Source: an uncultured Microthrixaceae bacterium
GTDB lineage: Bacteria; Actinomycetota; Acidimicrobiia; Acidimicrobiales; DATDAH01
NCBI GenBank assembly: GCA_963845425.1
Contig: CAWJSC010000017.1
Coordinates: 123,843 to 187,842, forward strand
Length of the DNA: 64,000 bases
Reading direction: 5' to 3'
The translations under genes were made by a program, and so were the position numbers. Positions 41,369-50,435 of this stretch are shown piece by piece; within the stretch, counting starts at the first letter, position 1; every line of letters begins with the position of its first letter. Below the pieces are notes generated by a model that saw only the letters and a program-made list of their open reading frames with translations, was not told where the DNA came from and did no database searches.

Positions 41369-42619
41369 ATGGCCATGAACGTGAACCCGATCCCGACCGT
41401 CGACGAGCGCATCAACGACATCCGGGGCCGCACCGCCGAGATCGTCAACGAGGACATCCTCCCCAACGAGCAGGTCCTCTGGCGTTCGACCGAGGACAGC
41501 ACCTTCACCGAGCACACCGAGGCCCTCGAGCTGCGGGCCGCGATCAAGGAGCGGGTGCGCACGGCCGGGCTCTGGGCGCCGCACCTGCCCCAGGAGTACG
41601 GGGGCATGGGCCTGGACTTCCTGGCCCACGCCTACATGAACGAGGTCCTGGCCTACGCGCTGGGCGCGGCTTCGCTCTTCGGCGTGGTGGCGCCCAACAG
41701 CGGCAACCAGTCCATCCTCGTGAAGTACGGCACGGAGGAGCAGAAGCAGCAGTGGCTGCACCCGCTCATCGAGGGCGAGATGGAGTCGGGCTTCTCCATG
41801 ACCGAGCCCCACAACCCCGGCTCGGACCCGCGGTCCCTGGACACCTCGGCGGTGCGGGACGGCGACGACTGGGTCATCAACGGCCACAAGTGGTTCACGT
41901 CCAACGGCATCGACGCCGACTTCTTCATCGTCATGTGCCGGGTCACCGACCCCGACGGCCCCGACGGGGGCCCCGGGCCGATGGTCCAGATCATCGTCCC
42001 CACCGCCACCCGGGGGGTCGACATCGTCCGGGGCATCGGGATCTGGGGGCGCAAGACCTCGGACCACTGCGAGGTGAAGTACGTCGACGTGCGGGTGCCG
42101 CTGGCCAACGCCCTCGGCGCCGTCGGGGAGGGCCACCAGGCCGCCCAGGACCGTCTCGGCGCCGGCCGGGTGTACCACTGCATGAACTCCGTCGGGCAGA
42201 TGTGGCGGGCCTTCGACCTCATGGTCGAGCGGGCCCGTAGCCGAGAGGTCCACGGTGGCCTGCTCCAGGACAAGCAGTTCATCCAGGGCTTCATCGCCGA
42301 TTCGTACATCGACATCCAGGCCGCCCGTCTGATGACGATCCACGCCGCGGAGAAGGTCGACCTCGGCATGCAGGAGGCCCGCACGGACATCTCGGCCATC
42401 AAGGTCTTCGTGCCCGCCGCCTACTCCCGGGTCGTGGACCGGGCCATCCAGGTGTGGGGCGCCGCGGGCGTCTCCAACGACCTGCCTCTGGCCGCCATGT
42501 ACCAGGGCGCCCGGACCCTGCGCATCGCCGACGGCCCCGACGAGGTCCACCGCATCCTCATCGCCAAGAACGTGCTCGGCCGGTACGCCGCAGGTGAGAG
42601 CTGGGACTTCGGAAACTGA
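41369..42619 (+). CDS. Acyl-CoA dehydrogenase family protein
   Basis: 416 aa from ATG 41369 (MAMNVNPIPT...), inside track ORF 39242..42619. Motifs: GFSMTEPHNPGSD, WVINGHKWFTSNG, GAGRVYHCM, IADGPDEVH. Confidence 0.9.
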   Translation: MAMNVNPIPTVDERINDIRGRTAEIVNEDILPNEQVLWRSTEDSTFTEHTEALELRAAIKERVRTAGLWAPHLPQEYGGMGLDFLAHAYMNEVLAYALGAASLFGVVAPNSGNQSILVKYGTEEQKQQWLHPLIEGEMESGFSMTEPHNPGSDPRSLDTSAVRDGDDWVINGHKWFTSNGIDADFFIVMCRVTDPDGPDGGPGPMVQIIVPTATRGVDIVRGIGIWGRKTSDHCEVKYVDVRVPLANALGAVGEGHQAAQDRLGAGRVYHCMNSVGQMWRAFDLMVERARSREVHGGLLQDKQFIQGFIADSYIDIQAARLMTIHAAEKVDLGMQEARTDISAIKVFVPAAYSRVVDRAIQVWGAAGVSNDLPLAAMYQGARTLRIADGPDEVHRILIAKNVLGRYAAGESWDFGN

Positions 42620-42728
42620 CAGAGGCTGACACATCGGGACTTTGGTCCCTGGCCTGCTCGCGGCCCGACGCCCACATTGGTTGGTGCCGGCCACAGGCCG
42701 CGGTCGGCCAGGGACAGAGGAGCACGCC

Positions 42729-43202
42729 ATGACGACCTGGATGCGACGGCTACCCCTCGTCGGGCGCCGGTTCCGTGAGGACATCGCCCCGCCCGGGGCC
42801 TGGTCCGGCCCGGCCGACGGCCGCCGCGTGCTCATCGAGGAGGACGACGGTGAGCTGCGCAGGGCCATGGCTGAGGCGCTGCGCGACGCCGGCTTCCAGA
42901 CCGCCGAGTGCGCGGGGCCCGGGACCCACGGTGAGCGACGCTGCCCCCTGGTCGAAGGGCATGGCTGTGATGCGGTGGACCGGGCCGATGCGGTGCTGCA
43001 GGTCTTCGTGCCCAGCGACGCCGCCATGCGGGAGGTCCGGGAGGCCATCGCCGTCCACGACCCCGACAAGCCCATCGCCGTGATCGCCCCGGCCCTGACC
43101 GCGGCCCGTCACGCGGACCAGCTGGCCGACACCACGGTGTCGACCGAGCCGCTCACCCGCCGGGGCGTGGTGGCGGCGGCCGACCGCGCCGTCGAGGGCT
43201 GA
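42729..43202 (+). CDS. Receiver-like (CheY-fold-like) protein with Cys cluster, function unknown
   Basis: GAGGAG SD 6 nt before ATG 42729. RRVLIEEDDGELRRAMAEALRDAGFQ resembles the start of a receiver domain. Contains CAGPGTHGERRCPLVEGHGC. No output domain. Confidence 0.5.
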   Translation: MTTWMRRLPLVGRRFREDIAPPGAWSGPADGRRVLIEEDDGELRRAMAEALRDAGFQTAECAGPGTHGERRCPLVEGHGCDAVDRADAVLQVFVPSDAAMREVREAIAVHDPDKPIAVIAPALTAARHADQLADTTVSTEPLTRRGVVAAADRAVEG

Positions 43203-43211
43203 GCCCCGGGC

Positions 43212-44288
43212 TCAGGCCTCGCGCAGCTGTTCGCGCTGGCCGCGGCGGATCGTGGTGGCCAGCTCGGTGGCCGACTCGAGCGAGTTGTCCAGGAGGCCCT
43301 CCAGGGCCTCCTTGCGGCTGCGCAGCCCTTCCTCGAGGGCGTCGCGCCGGTCCGAGCCCGCGGCGCTGACCGCTCGGGCGGCCTTGGTCCAGTTGGCGCG
43401 GAACATCCCGATGTCCAGGCTGCCGTCCTTCAGGCGGTTGCTGGCCAGCAGGGTGGCGGGCGGCGCCTTCATGTCCTTGACGATCCCCACCCAGCTCAGC
43501 GCCTTGAGGGCGTAGAAGCTCGGGTCCCACTCCCACCAGAAGAAGCCGTTGCGGCAGCTGCTGGGGGCGTAGTGGTGGTTGTTGTGCCAGCCCTCGCCCA
43601 TGGTCAGCACGGCGATGAGCACCGAGTTCCGGCTGGTGTCCTCGGTGGCGTAGCGGCGCCGGCCCATCACGTGGGCCAGGGAGTTCACGAAGAACGTCGA
43701 GTGCCAGAGCAGGATGGTCGAGACGAAGAAGCCCACCACCAGGCCCGACCAGCCGCCGACCGCCAGGCAGCCGAGGGCCACCAGCACGGCGGCGAAGGTG
43801 TCGTGGCGGTTCAGGAAGCGCAGCTCGGGATAGGCGGCGAAGTCCTTGATGCGGTCGGTGTTGGTGGCGCTGTACTTGTCGCACAGGATCCAGCCCACGT
43901 GGCTCCACCAGAAACCCTTCTGGGGGGAGTGCACGTCCTGTTCGGTGTCGGAGAACCGGTGGTGGTCCCGGTGGTTGGCGGCCCACCAGAGCGGCCCCTT
44001 CTGCAGGGCCGACGTGCCGCCCAGGGCCATGAGGAACTGGGGCACCCGGGCCAGCCGGTAGGTGCGGTGGGAGAAGTAGCGGTGATAGCCGGCGGTGATG
44101 AAGAACATCCGCCCCCAGTAGGTGACCAGCCCGAGGACCACGGCCTCGGCCGATATCCCGGTCCAGAGCAGGAGCAGGGGACTGGCATGGAAGGCCAGGA
44201 ACGGTAGAGAACTCAGCCAGTTCACCCGGTCATCCGGGCGACGGCGCATGGTGGAGAGCTGGGGGCTGGGGGCGGCTCCGGGGTCCAT
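43212..44288 (-). CDS. Membrane acyl-CoA (Delta9-type) fatty-acid desaturase with coiled-coil-like C-terminal extension
   Basis: 358 aa. Three His boxes: HRYFSH, HRDHHRFSD, HNNHH. TM segments. About 90-aa charged tail. Confidence 0.9.
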   Translation of the reverse strand: MDPGAAPSPQLSTMRRRPDDRVNWLSSLPFLAFHASPLLLLWTGISAEAVVLGLVTYWGRMFFITAGYHRYFSHRTYRLARVPQFLMALGGTSALQKGPLWWAANHRDHHRFSDTEQDVHSPQKGFWWSHVGWILCDKYSATNTDRIKDFAAYPELRFLNRHDTFAAVLVALGCLAVGGWSGLVVGFFVSTILLWHSTFFVNSLAHVMGRRRYATEDTSRNSVLIAVLTMGEGWHNNHHYAPSSCRNGFFWWEWDPSFYALKALSWVGIVKDMKAPPATLLASNRLKDGSLDIGMFRANWTKAARAVSAAGSDRRDALEEGLRSRKEALEGLLDNSLESATELATTIRRGQREQLREA

Positions 44289-44297
44289 CGGCCCACC

Positions 44298-44315
44298 CTA
44301 CCGACCAGTCGGTAG
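44298..44315. promoter_or_regulatory. 18-bp perfect palindrome in the divergent desaturase/ATPase promoter region (candidate operator)
   Basis: CTACCGAC-CA-GTCGGTAG. It lies 10 nt upstream of the desaturase ATG (44288) and 42 nt upstream of the ATPase ATG (44357). Confidence 0.3.
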
Positions 44316-44356
44316 AGAGCTGCGAATCACCGCTGGGAAAGGTCGAACGGCACCCC

Positions 44357-46717
44357 ATGGCATGGTTCCGGGCTGCGAAGCTGACCCCGATGACCCACGC
44401 CGCGGACCGCCCCCTCCGGCGCTCGAGCGAGGCGGTGCTGCTGTGGGTGGCGCTGGCCGGGCTGGCGCTCGGCACCGTCCTGCACCTGGCCGGGCAGGCC
44501 GACGCCGGTGACGCCGTCTGGGCGGTGACCGCCGGCCTCGGGGTGGTGGCGTCCACGGGCTGGGTCCTCGGCGCGGCACGACAGGGTCGCCTCGGCGTCG
44601 ACCTCCTCGCGGTGGTCGCCCTGATCGGCACGCTCGCGACCGAGGAGTACGTCGCCGGGGCGGTGATCACCGTGATGCTGGCCAGCGGCCGGACGTTGGA
44701 GGCCCGGGCCGCGGCCCGGGCCCGCCACGACCTGAGTGCGTTGCTCGAACGGGCACCCCGGGTGGCGCACCGGTACGAAGCCGGCGAGTTGACCTCACCG
44801 AAACTGGCCGCGGTCGTCCCCGGTGACCGGCTCCTGGTCCAGCCCGGTGAGGTCGTCCCGGTGGACGGGCTGGTCGAGGGTGAGCCCGCGGTGCTCGACG
44901 AGTCGGCCCTGACCGGCGAGCCACTGCCGGTCGAGCGGGGCGAGGGTGACCCTGTGCGCAGCGGGGTGATCAACGCGGGAGGCCCCTTCGACCTCCGAGC
45001 GACCACCACGGCCGACGACAGCACCTACGCCGGCATCGTGCGCCTGGTCGCCGACGCCGAGGCCTCGAGTGCTCCGTTCGTCCGATTGGCCGACCGGTAC
45101 GCCTCGGTCTTCCTCGTGGTCGGCTTCGCCGTGGCCGGCGCCGCCTGGCTCCTGTCCGGGGACCCGGTACGGGCGGTCGCCGTGCTGGTCGTGGCCACTC
45201 CCTGCCCGCTCATCCTGGCCGCTCCGGTGGCCATCGTCTCGGGCCTGTCCCGGGCGGCCAAGCGGGGCGTGGTGATCAAGGGTGGGGCTGCCCTGGAGAA
45301 GCTGGCTGACGCCGAGGTCCTGCTCTTCGACAAGACGGGGACCCTCACCCGGGGTCGACCGACCGTGGCCGAGATCGTGCCGGTGGACGCCGAGCGCATC
45401 GGCCCCGACGAGGTCCTCCGTCTCGCCGCCTCGCTCGACCAGGTCTCACCACACGTGCTCGCCGGGGCCGTGGTCCGGGCGGCCCGAAGCCGCGACCTGG
45501 CGCTCACGCTGCCCTCGGATGTCCACGAGCGCCCGGGTCAGGGCGTCGCCGGGCAGGTCGAGGGCCAGGTGGTCGAGGTCGGCAACGCGAACTGGATCCT
45601 CCCTGGTGCCCCGCCACCCTGGGCCCACGCCGTGCGCAGGCGGGCCGACCTCGACGGGTCCCTCACCGTGTTCGTACGGGTCGACGGCGAGCCGGCTGGC
45701 GCGATCGTCCTCGACGACCCCATCCGCCCCGACGCGGCCCGTACCATCCGGCGCCTCCGCCGGGGCGGGGTGCGCCGGGTGGTCATGGTCACCGGCGACC
45801 GGGCCGACGTGGCCCAGACCGTGGGCGCGGTCATCGGGGTCGACGAGGTGCTGGCCGAGCGCAGCCCCGGAGAAAAGGTGGAGGCGATCCGGGCGGAGGG
45901 CGACCGCCACACGATCATGGTCGGCGACGGGATCAACGATGCCCCGGCCCTGGCCCTGGCCGATGTGGGGGTGGCCATCGGGGCCCGAGGGGCCACCGCC
46001 TCGTCGGAGGCCGCCGACGTCGTCCTCACCGTGGACCGCCTCGACCGTCTCGGCGATGCCATTGCCATTGCCCGGCGGTCCCGGGACATCGCCCGGCAGA
46101 GCGCTCTCGCCGGCATGGGCCTGTCGTTGGTGGCGATGGGGGTCGCCGCGTTGGGGTACCTACCGCCGGCCTGGGGGGCGCTGCTCCAGGAGCTGATCGA
46201 TGTCGCGGTCATCCTCAACGCGCTCCGGGTCCTGCAGGTGCCGGGGAGCGAGACCCGGGTGAACGCGGCAGAGGAAGCGCTGGTGCACCAGTTCAGCGGT
46301 GAGCACCGCACCCTGCGGCCTGATCTCGATCGGCTCCGGGTCGCCGCGGACCAGATCGGCGTCGTCGCCCCCGACCGGGCGCTGGCCCTGGTGCGCCAGG
46401 TGCACCGCTTCCTCGTGGAGGACCTCCTGCCCCACGAAGAGGCCGAGGACGCCATCCTCTACCCGGTGTTCGCGAGGGTCCTCGGCGGTCACGACCCGAC
46501 CGGCACGATGAGCCGGGCCCACGTCGAGATCGCCCACCTCGTCCGTCGTATCGGCCGGCTGCTCGACGAGGCGGATCCCGCGCATCCCGACCCCGACGAC
46601 CTGCTGGAGCTCCGCCGGGTCCTCTACGGCCTGCATGCCATCCTCGAGCTGCACTTCGCCCAGGAGGACGAGGGCTATCTCTCCCTGGTCGACGAGCCCG
46701 ACGACCACGTCGAGTGA
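44357..46717 (+). CDS. P1B-type heavy-metal ATPase with TPCP membrane motif and C-terminal hemerythrin-like domain (P1B-5-like)
   Basis: 786 aa. Motifs: DKTGTLT, GDGINDAPAL, VVATPCPLILAAP. No N-terminal HMA domain. The C-terminal 150 aa carry HEEAEDAILYPVF and HFAQEDEGYL (HHE/hemerythrin-like). Confidence 0.9.
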   Translation: MAWFRAAKLTPMTHAADRPLRRSSEAVLLWVALAGLALGTVLHLAGQADAGDAVWAVTAGLGVVASTGWVLGAARQGRLGVDLLAVVALIGTLATEEYVAGAVITVMLASGRTLEARAAARARHDLSALLERAPRVAHRYEAGELTSPKLAAVVPGDRLLVQPGEVVPVDGLVEGEPAVLDESALTGEPLPVERGEGDPVRSGVINAGGPFDLRATTTADDSTYAGIVRLVADAEASSAPFVRLADRYASVFLVVGFAVAGAAWLLSGDPVRAVAVLVVATPCPLILAAPVAIVSGLSRAAKRGVVIKGGAALEKLADAEVLLFDKTGTLTRGRPTVAEIVPVDAERIGPDEVLRLAASLDQVSPHVLAGAVVRAARSRDLALTLPSDVHERPGQGVAGQVEGQVVEVGNANWILPGAPPPWAHAVRRRADLDGSLTVFVRVDGEPAGAIVLDDPIRPDAARTIRRLRRGGVRRVVMVTGDRADVAQTVGAVIGVDEVLAERSPGEKVEAIRAEGDRHTIMVGDGINDAPALALADVGVAIGARGATASSEAADVVLTVDRLDRLGDAIAIARRSRDIARQSALAGMGLSLVAMGVAALGYLPPAWGALLQELIDVAVILNALRVLQVPGSETRVNAAEEALVHQFSGEHRTLRPDLDRLRVAADQIGVVAPDRALALVRQVHRFLVEDLLPHEEAEDAILYPVFARVLGGHDPTGTMSRAHVEIAHLVRRIGRLLDEADPAHPDPDDLLELRRVLYGLHAILELHFAQEDEGYLSLVDEPDDHVE

Positions 46718-46775
46718 CCGCGGAATCGGGACCTTGTCCCCTTGGGACAGGGGTGACAGAGGTCAGAATGGGCCC

Positions 46776-47147
46776 ATGAGTGATCTCGTCACCGAACTCG
46801 GCGGCCGGGGGGCCTTGGACCAGATCGTCGAGGACTTCTACCTCCGCGTGCAGGCCGACCCCCATCTCGCCCCCATCTTCGCCGCCGCCGACCTGGACCG
46901 GCTGGTGGGCATGCAGCAGGAGTTCCTGGCCGCGGCGCTGACGGACTCAGGCCAACGGTCGGGTACCTCCCTGCAGGCCATCCACGCCGGCCGGGGCATC
47001 ACGCCCAGCCACTTCAGCCGCTTCGTCGAGCACTTCGTGGACACCCTCGAGGACCGCTTCGTCGACCGCGACACGATCCAGGCGGTGACCCAACGCCTCG
47101 GCCTGTACCTCGACGACGTCGTGGGCGGCACCGCCGAAGCCGGCTAG
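46776..47147 (+). CDS. Truncated (2-on-2) hemoglobin-like globin
   Basis: 123 aa from ATG 46776: LGGRGALDQIVEDFYLRVQADPHLAPIFAAADLDRLVGMQQEFLAAAL...IHAGRGITPSHFSRFVEHFVDTL. Confidence 0.8.
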   Translation: MSDLVTELGGRGALDQIVEDFYLRVQADPHLAPIFAAADLDRLVGMQQEFLAAALTDSGQRSGTSLQAIHAGRGITPSHFSRFVEHFVDTLEDRFVDRDTIQAVTQRLGLYLDDVVGGTAEAG

Positions 47148-47155
47148 CCGGGCCC

Positions 47156-48388
47156 GTGGACGGCACCGCACACCCCGACTTCGGAGGCGTGGCCCGCGAG
47201 TTCGAGCGCCAACTCGGCCGTACGTCGGGTGGGGCGGCGGTCACGGTGTTCCACCGGGGCGAGCCGGTGGTCGACCTCTGGGGCGGCCGGCGAACCGACG
47301 ACGGTGCGCCCTGGGAGCGGGACAGCCTGGCCATGTGCTTCAGCACGACCAAGGGCGCGGCCTCCTTCGCCCTCCACGTGCTGGCCGACCGGGGCCTCGT
47401 GGACTATGACGCCCCCGTCGCCACCTACTGGCCCGAGTTCGCCCAGAACGGCAAGGCGGGCGTCACCGTCCGGCACGTCCTCAGCCACTCGGCCGGCCTG
47501 CACCGCCTGCGCAGCCTCATCGACAGCGCCCACCACATGCTCGACTGGGAGCACATGGTCGACGCCCTCGCCCGAGAGGCGCCGGCTTACGAGCCCGGGA
47601 CCAAAGCGGGCTACCACGCGCTGACCTACGGCTGGCTGGTGGGCGAGATCGTCCGTCGGGTGACCGCCCTGCCGCTGTCCGAGGTGATCGCCACCGAGGT
47701 GGCCGGGCCGCTGGGCCTCGACGGGCTGTACCTCGGCTGTCCCCCCGAGGAGCGCCACCGGGTCGCGCCGCTGGAGCCCATCGGCTCGCCCCTTCGGCGG
47801 CTGCCCCGCCCGGTCCACTGGACCCAGAAGCGCATCGGCACCGCCGGGGGCAAGGCCCTCAGCCTGGTGCGCTCACCGGTGAACCCCCGCCGGATGATCA
47901 ACGCCCTCGTGCCCCGCGGCATGGAGGACGTCCTGTGGGGGCCGGAGGTGATGGACGCCTCCATCCCGGCCGCCAACGGCTTCTTCACCGCCCGCTCGTT
48001 GGCCGCGATGTACGCCGTCCTGGCCGGCCGGGGCGCCTTGGGTGAGACCCGCCTGCTCGCCGAGGCCACCGTCGCCCGCATCGGGGAGGTCCAGAACGAC
48101 ACCCGGGACCTCGTCCTCGTGGTCCCGATGCGCTGGCGGCTCGGATACCACCGGATCCTGACCAGCCGGGGCCAGATCGCCGAGGCCTTCGGCCACTTCG
48201 GCTTCGGCGGCTCCGGTGGCTGGGCCGACCCGTCCCGGGACCTGGCTGTGGCCATGGTCTGCAACCGGGGCTCGGGCACGCCGGTGGGCGATCTGCGCCT
48301 GGCCCGTCTGAGTCACGAGGCCAAGACGGCCGCCGACCGGCGCGGGGCCGACGGCTCCGCCGCGGTGGCCTCCGAGCTCGCGTCCTGA
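47156..48388 (+). CDS. Serine hydrolase (class C beta-lactamase/esterase family)
   Basis: 410 aa. SxxK motif (FSTTKGAAS). YHALTYGWLVGE. Typical EstB/beta-lactamase-related layout. Confidence 0.85.
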   Translation: MDGTAHPDFGGVAREFERQLGRTSGGAAVTVFHRGEPVVDLWGGRRTDDGAPWERDSLAMCFSTTKGAASFALHVLADRGLVDYDAPVATYWPEFAQNGKAGVTVRHVLSHSAGLHRLRSLIDSAHHMLDWEHMVDALAREAPAYEPGTKAGYHALTYGWLVGEIVRRVTALPLSEVIATEVAGPLGLDGLYLGCPPEERHRVAPLEPIGSPLRRLPRPVHWTQKRIGTAGGKALSLVRSPVNPRRMINALVPRGMEDVLWGPEVMDASIPAANGFFTARSLAAMYAVLAGRGALGETRLLAEATVARIGEVQNDTRDLVLVVPMRWRLGYHRILTSRGQIAEAFGHFGFGGSGGWADPSRDLAVAMVCNRGSGTPVGDLRLARLSHEAKTAADRRGADGSAAVASELAS

Positions 48389-48394
48389 CCGTCC

Positions 48395-49789
48395 TCAGAA
48401 GCGGTCGAGGCTGACCCGTTCCCCGACCCGGGGGACGACGGCCAGGAGCCCGGACTCGGCGTCGAGGCGGTCGGCCAGCACCCAGGAGGCCTCCTCTTCG
48501 CCATGGACGACGAACACCGACTCCGGCGGGCGGGTGGCGGTGCCGATCCAGGCCACGAGGTCGTCCTGATCGGCGTGGGCCGACAGGTCCAGCTGCACGA
48601 CCTTGGCCCGGACCCGCCGATAGCTGCCGAGCAGCTTGATCGAGGTGGCCCCCTGGGCCAGCCGGTCGCCGCGGGTTCCTCGGGCCTGGAAGCCGACGAG
48701 CAGGATCGTGTTCCGGCTGCTGCCGATCCGGGCGGCCAGGTGGTGCAGGACCCGTCCGCCGGAGGCCATGCCCGAGGCCGAGACCACGATGAAAGGCCCC
48801 CGGCGCGCGTTGATCTCTTTGGAGGCCTCCACGGTGGGTGTCTCCCGCAGGTCGAGATGGCCGAACAGGTCCTGGCCGTGGAGCTCCGGCCGCATCTCGG
48901 GGGAGCCGTCCGCCGCGGCCTCCCGGTAGACGTCGAGGGCTCGCAGGGCCATCGGGCTGTCCAGGAAGACGGGCAGCTGGGGGATGGTGCCCGCCGCGGT
49001 CAGCCGGTCGAGGTGCCACAGCACCACCTCGGTGCGGTCCACGGCGAAGGCCGGGATGAGCACCACCCCGCCTTGGTCGGCGGTCTCGGCCACGACCTCG
49101 GTGAGCACGCCTTCGGTGTCGTCCTCGGGGTGGCGCCGGTCGCCGTAGGTCGATTCGCAGAGCACGATGTCGGCGTCACCCAGCGGCGCCGGCGGCAGCA
49201 GCAGCGGGTGGGTCGAGCGGCCGAGGTCGCCGCTGAAGGCCACGGTGCGCTCCCCGCCCCGTCCGGTCACTCGCAGGGAGATGGTGGCTGCCCCCAGGAT
49301 GTGGCCCGCCCGCCGCCAGGTCGCCCACAGCCCGGGACCGATCTCGACGTCCTCGTCGTAGGGGACCGCCGCGAGCTGGCCGAGGGTCCGCCGGGCCTGC
49401 TGCTCGGTGTAGAGGGGCAGCGCCGGGTCGTGGCGGGAATAGCCCCGCCGGTTGGCGAACGCCGCCTCCTCCTCCTGGAGGTGGCCGCTGTCGGGCAGCA
49501 CGATGCGCACCAGCCGGGCGGTGCCCGCGGTGCAGAGGATCGGGCCCCGGAAGCCGCCGTTGGCCAGCCGAGGCAGCCAGCCGCAGTGGTCGACGTGGGC
49601 GTGGGTCAGGAGCACGGCGTCGATCGAGGACTCCGCCACCGGGAACGGCGCCCAGTTCCGCTCCCGCAGCTCCTTGGCCCCCTGGAACAGGCCGCAGTCG
49701 ACCAGGACCCGGCTCCCGGTGTCGGTCTCGACGAGGAAGCGGCTGCCGGTGACGGTGCGGGTGCCGCCGTGGAAGCTGAGCGAGCTCAC
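48395..49789 (-). CDS. MBL-fold beta-CASP family hydrolase (RNA-metabolising type)
   Basis: 464 aa from GTG 49789, which overlaps the pcm stop (GTGA). Motifs: LLTHAHVDHCGWLP, ESTYGDR, SAHADQDDL. Confidence 0.85.
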   Translation of the reverse strand: MSSLSFHGGTRTVTGSRFLVETDTGSRVLVDCGLFQGAKELRERNWAPFPVAESSIDAVLLTHAHVDHCGWLPRLANGGFRGPILCTAGTARLVRIVLPDSGHLQEEEAAFANRRGYSRHDPALPLYTEQQARRTLGQLAAVPYDEDVEIGPGLWATWRRAGHILGAATISLRVTGRGGERTVAFSGDLGRSTHPLLLPPAPLGDADIVLCESTYGDRRHPEDDTEGVLTEVVAETADQGGVVLIPAFAVDRTEVVLWHLDRLTAAGTIPQLPVFLDSPMALRALDVYREAAADGSPEMRPELHGQDLFGHLDLRETPTVEASKEINARRGPFIVVSASGMASGGRVLHHLAARIGSSRNTILLVGFQARGTRGDRLAQGATSIKLLGSYRRVRAKVVQLDLSAHADQDDLVAWIGTATRPPESVFVVHGEEEASWVLADRLDAESGLLAVVPRVGERVSLDRF

Positions 49790-50397
49790 CAGCCTTCGTC
49801 CCCGACGAGGGGGACGAAGGCGACCGGCCCCAGATCCTCCTCCACCAACTCGAGCCCGCGGCGGCGGACCCGGACGAGCTGCTGGGAGCCGCCCCGGGCC
49901 CCGACGGGCATGACCAGACGCCCCCCGTCCGCCAGCTGGGCCACGAGCGAGGGGGGGATCCTCGGCCCGGCCGCGGTGACCACGATGGCGTCGTAGGGCG
50001 CCAGCTCGGGCCAGCCGACGCTCCCGTCGCCCTGGACCACGATCACGTCGCCGGCGCCGGTCGCGGCCAGGTTGGCCGCGGCCGCCTCGGCCAGGTCCGG
50101 GTGGCGCTCCACGGTCACGACCACGTCGGCGAGACCGCGCAGGACCGCGGCGCCGTAGCCCGAGCCGGCGCCGACCTCGAGGACGCGGTCCTCGACCTGG
50201 AGCTCGGCGGCCTCGGCCATGGCCGCCACGATGTAGGGCTGGGAGATCGTCTGACCGGCGGCGATGGGCAGAGCGGAGTCGTCGTAGGCGTGCTCGGCCA
50301 GCGCCGGGGGCAGGAAGTCCTCCCGGCAGACCTCGCCCATCACGGCCAGGACGGCCCCGTCCCGGATGCCCCGGCGGGCCAGGTCCTGGTCGACCAT
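49786..50397 (-). CDS. pcm: Protein-L-isoaspartate O-methyltransferase
   Basis: 203 aa from ATG 50397. Motifs: GQTISQPYIVA, VLEVGAGSGYGAAVL, YDAIVVTAAGP. Confidence 0.85.
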   Translation of the reverse strand: MVDQDLARRGIRDGAVLAVMGEVCREDFLPPALAEHAYDDSALPIAAGQTISQPYIVAAMAEAAELQVEDRVLEVGAGSGYGAAVLRGLADVVVTVERHPDLAEAAAANLAATGAGDVIVVQGDGSVGWPELAPYDAIVVTAAGPRIPPSLVAQLADGGRLVMPVGARGGSQQLVRVRRRGLELVEEDLGPVAFVPLVGDEGW

Positions 50398-50435
50398 GCG
50401 ACCCCGGCGCCGGGCCTGGTCCGGGCGGGTGGGGG

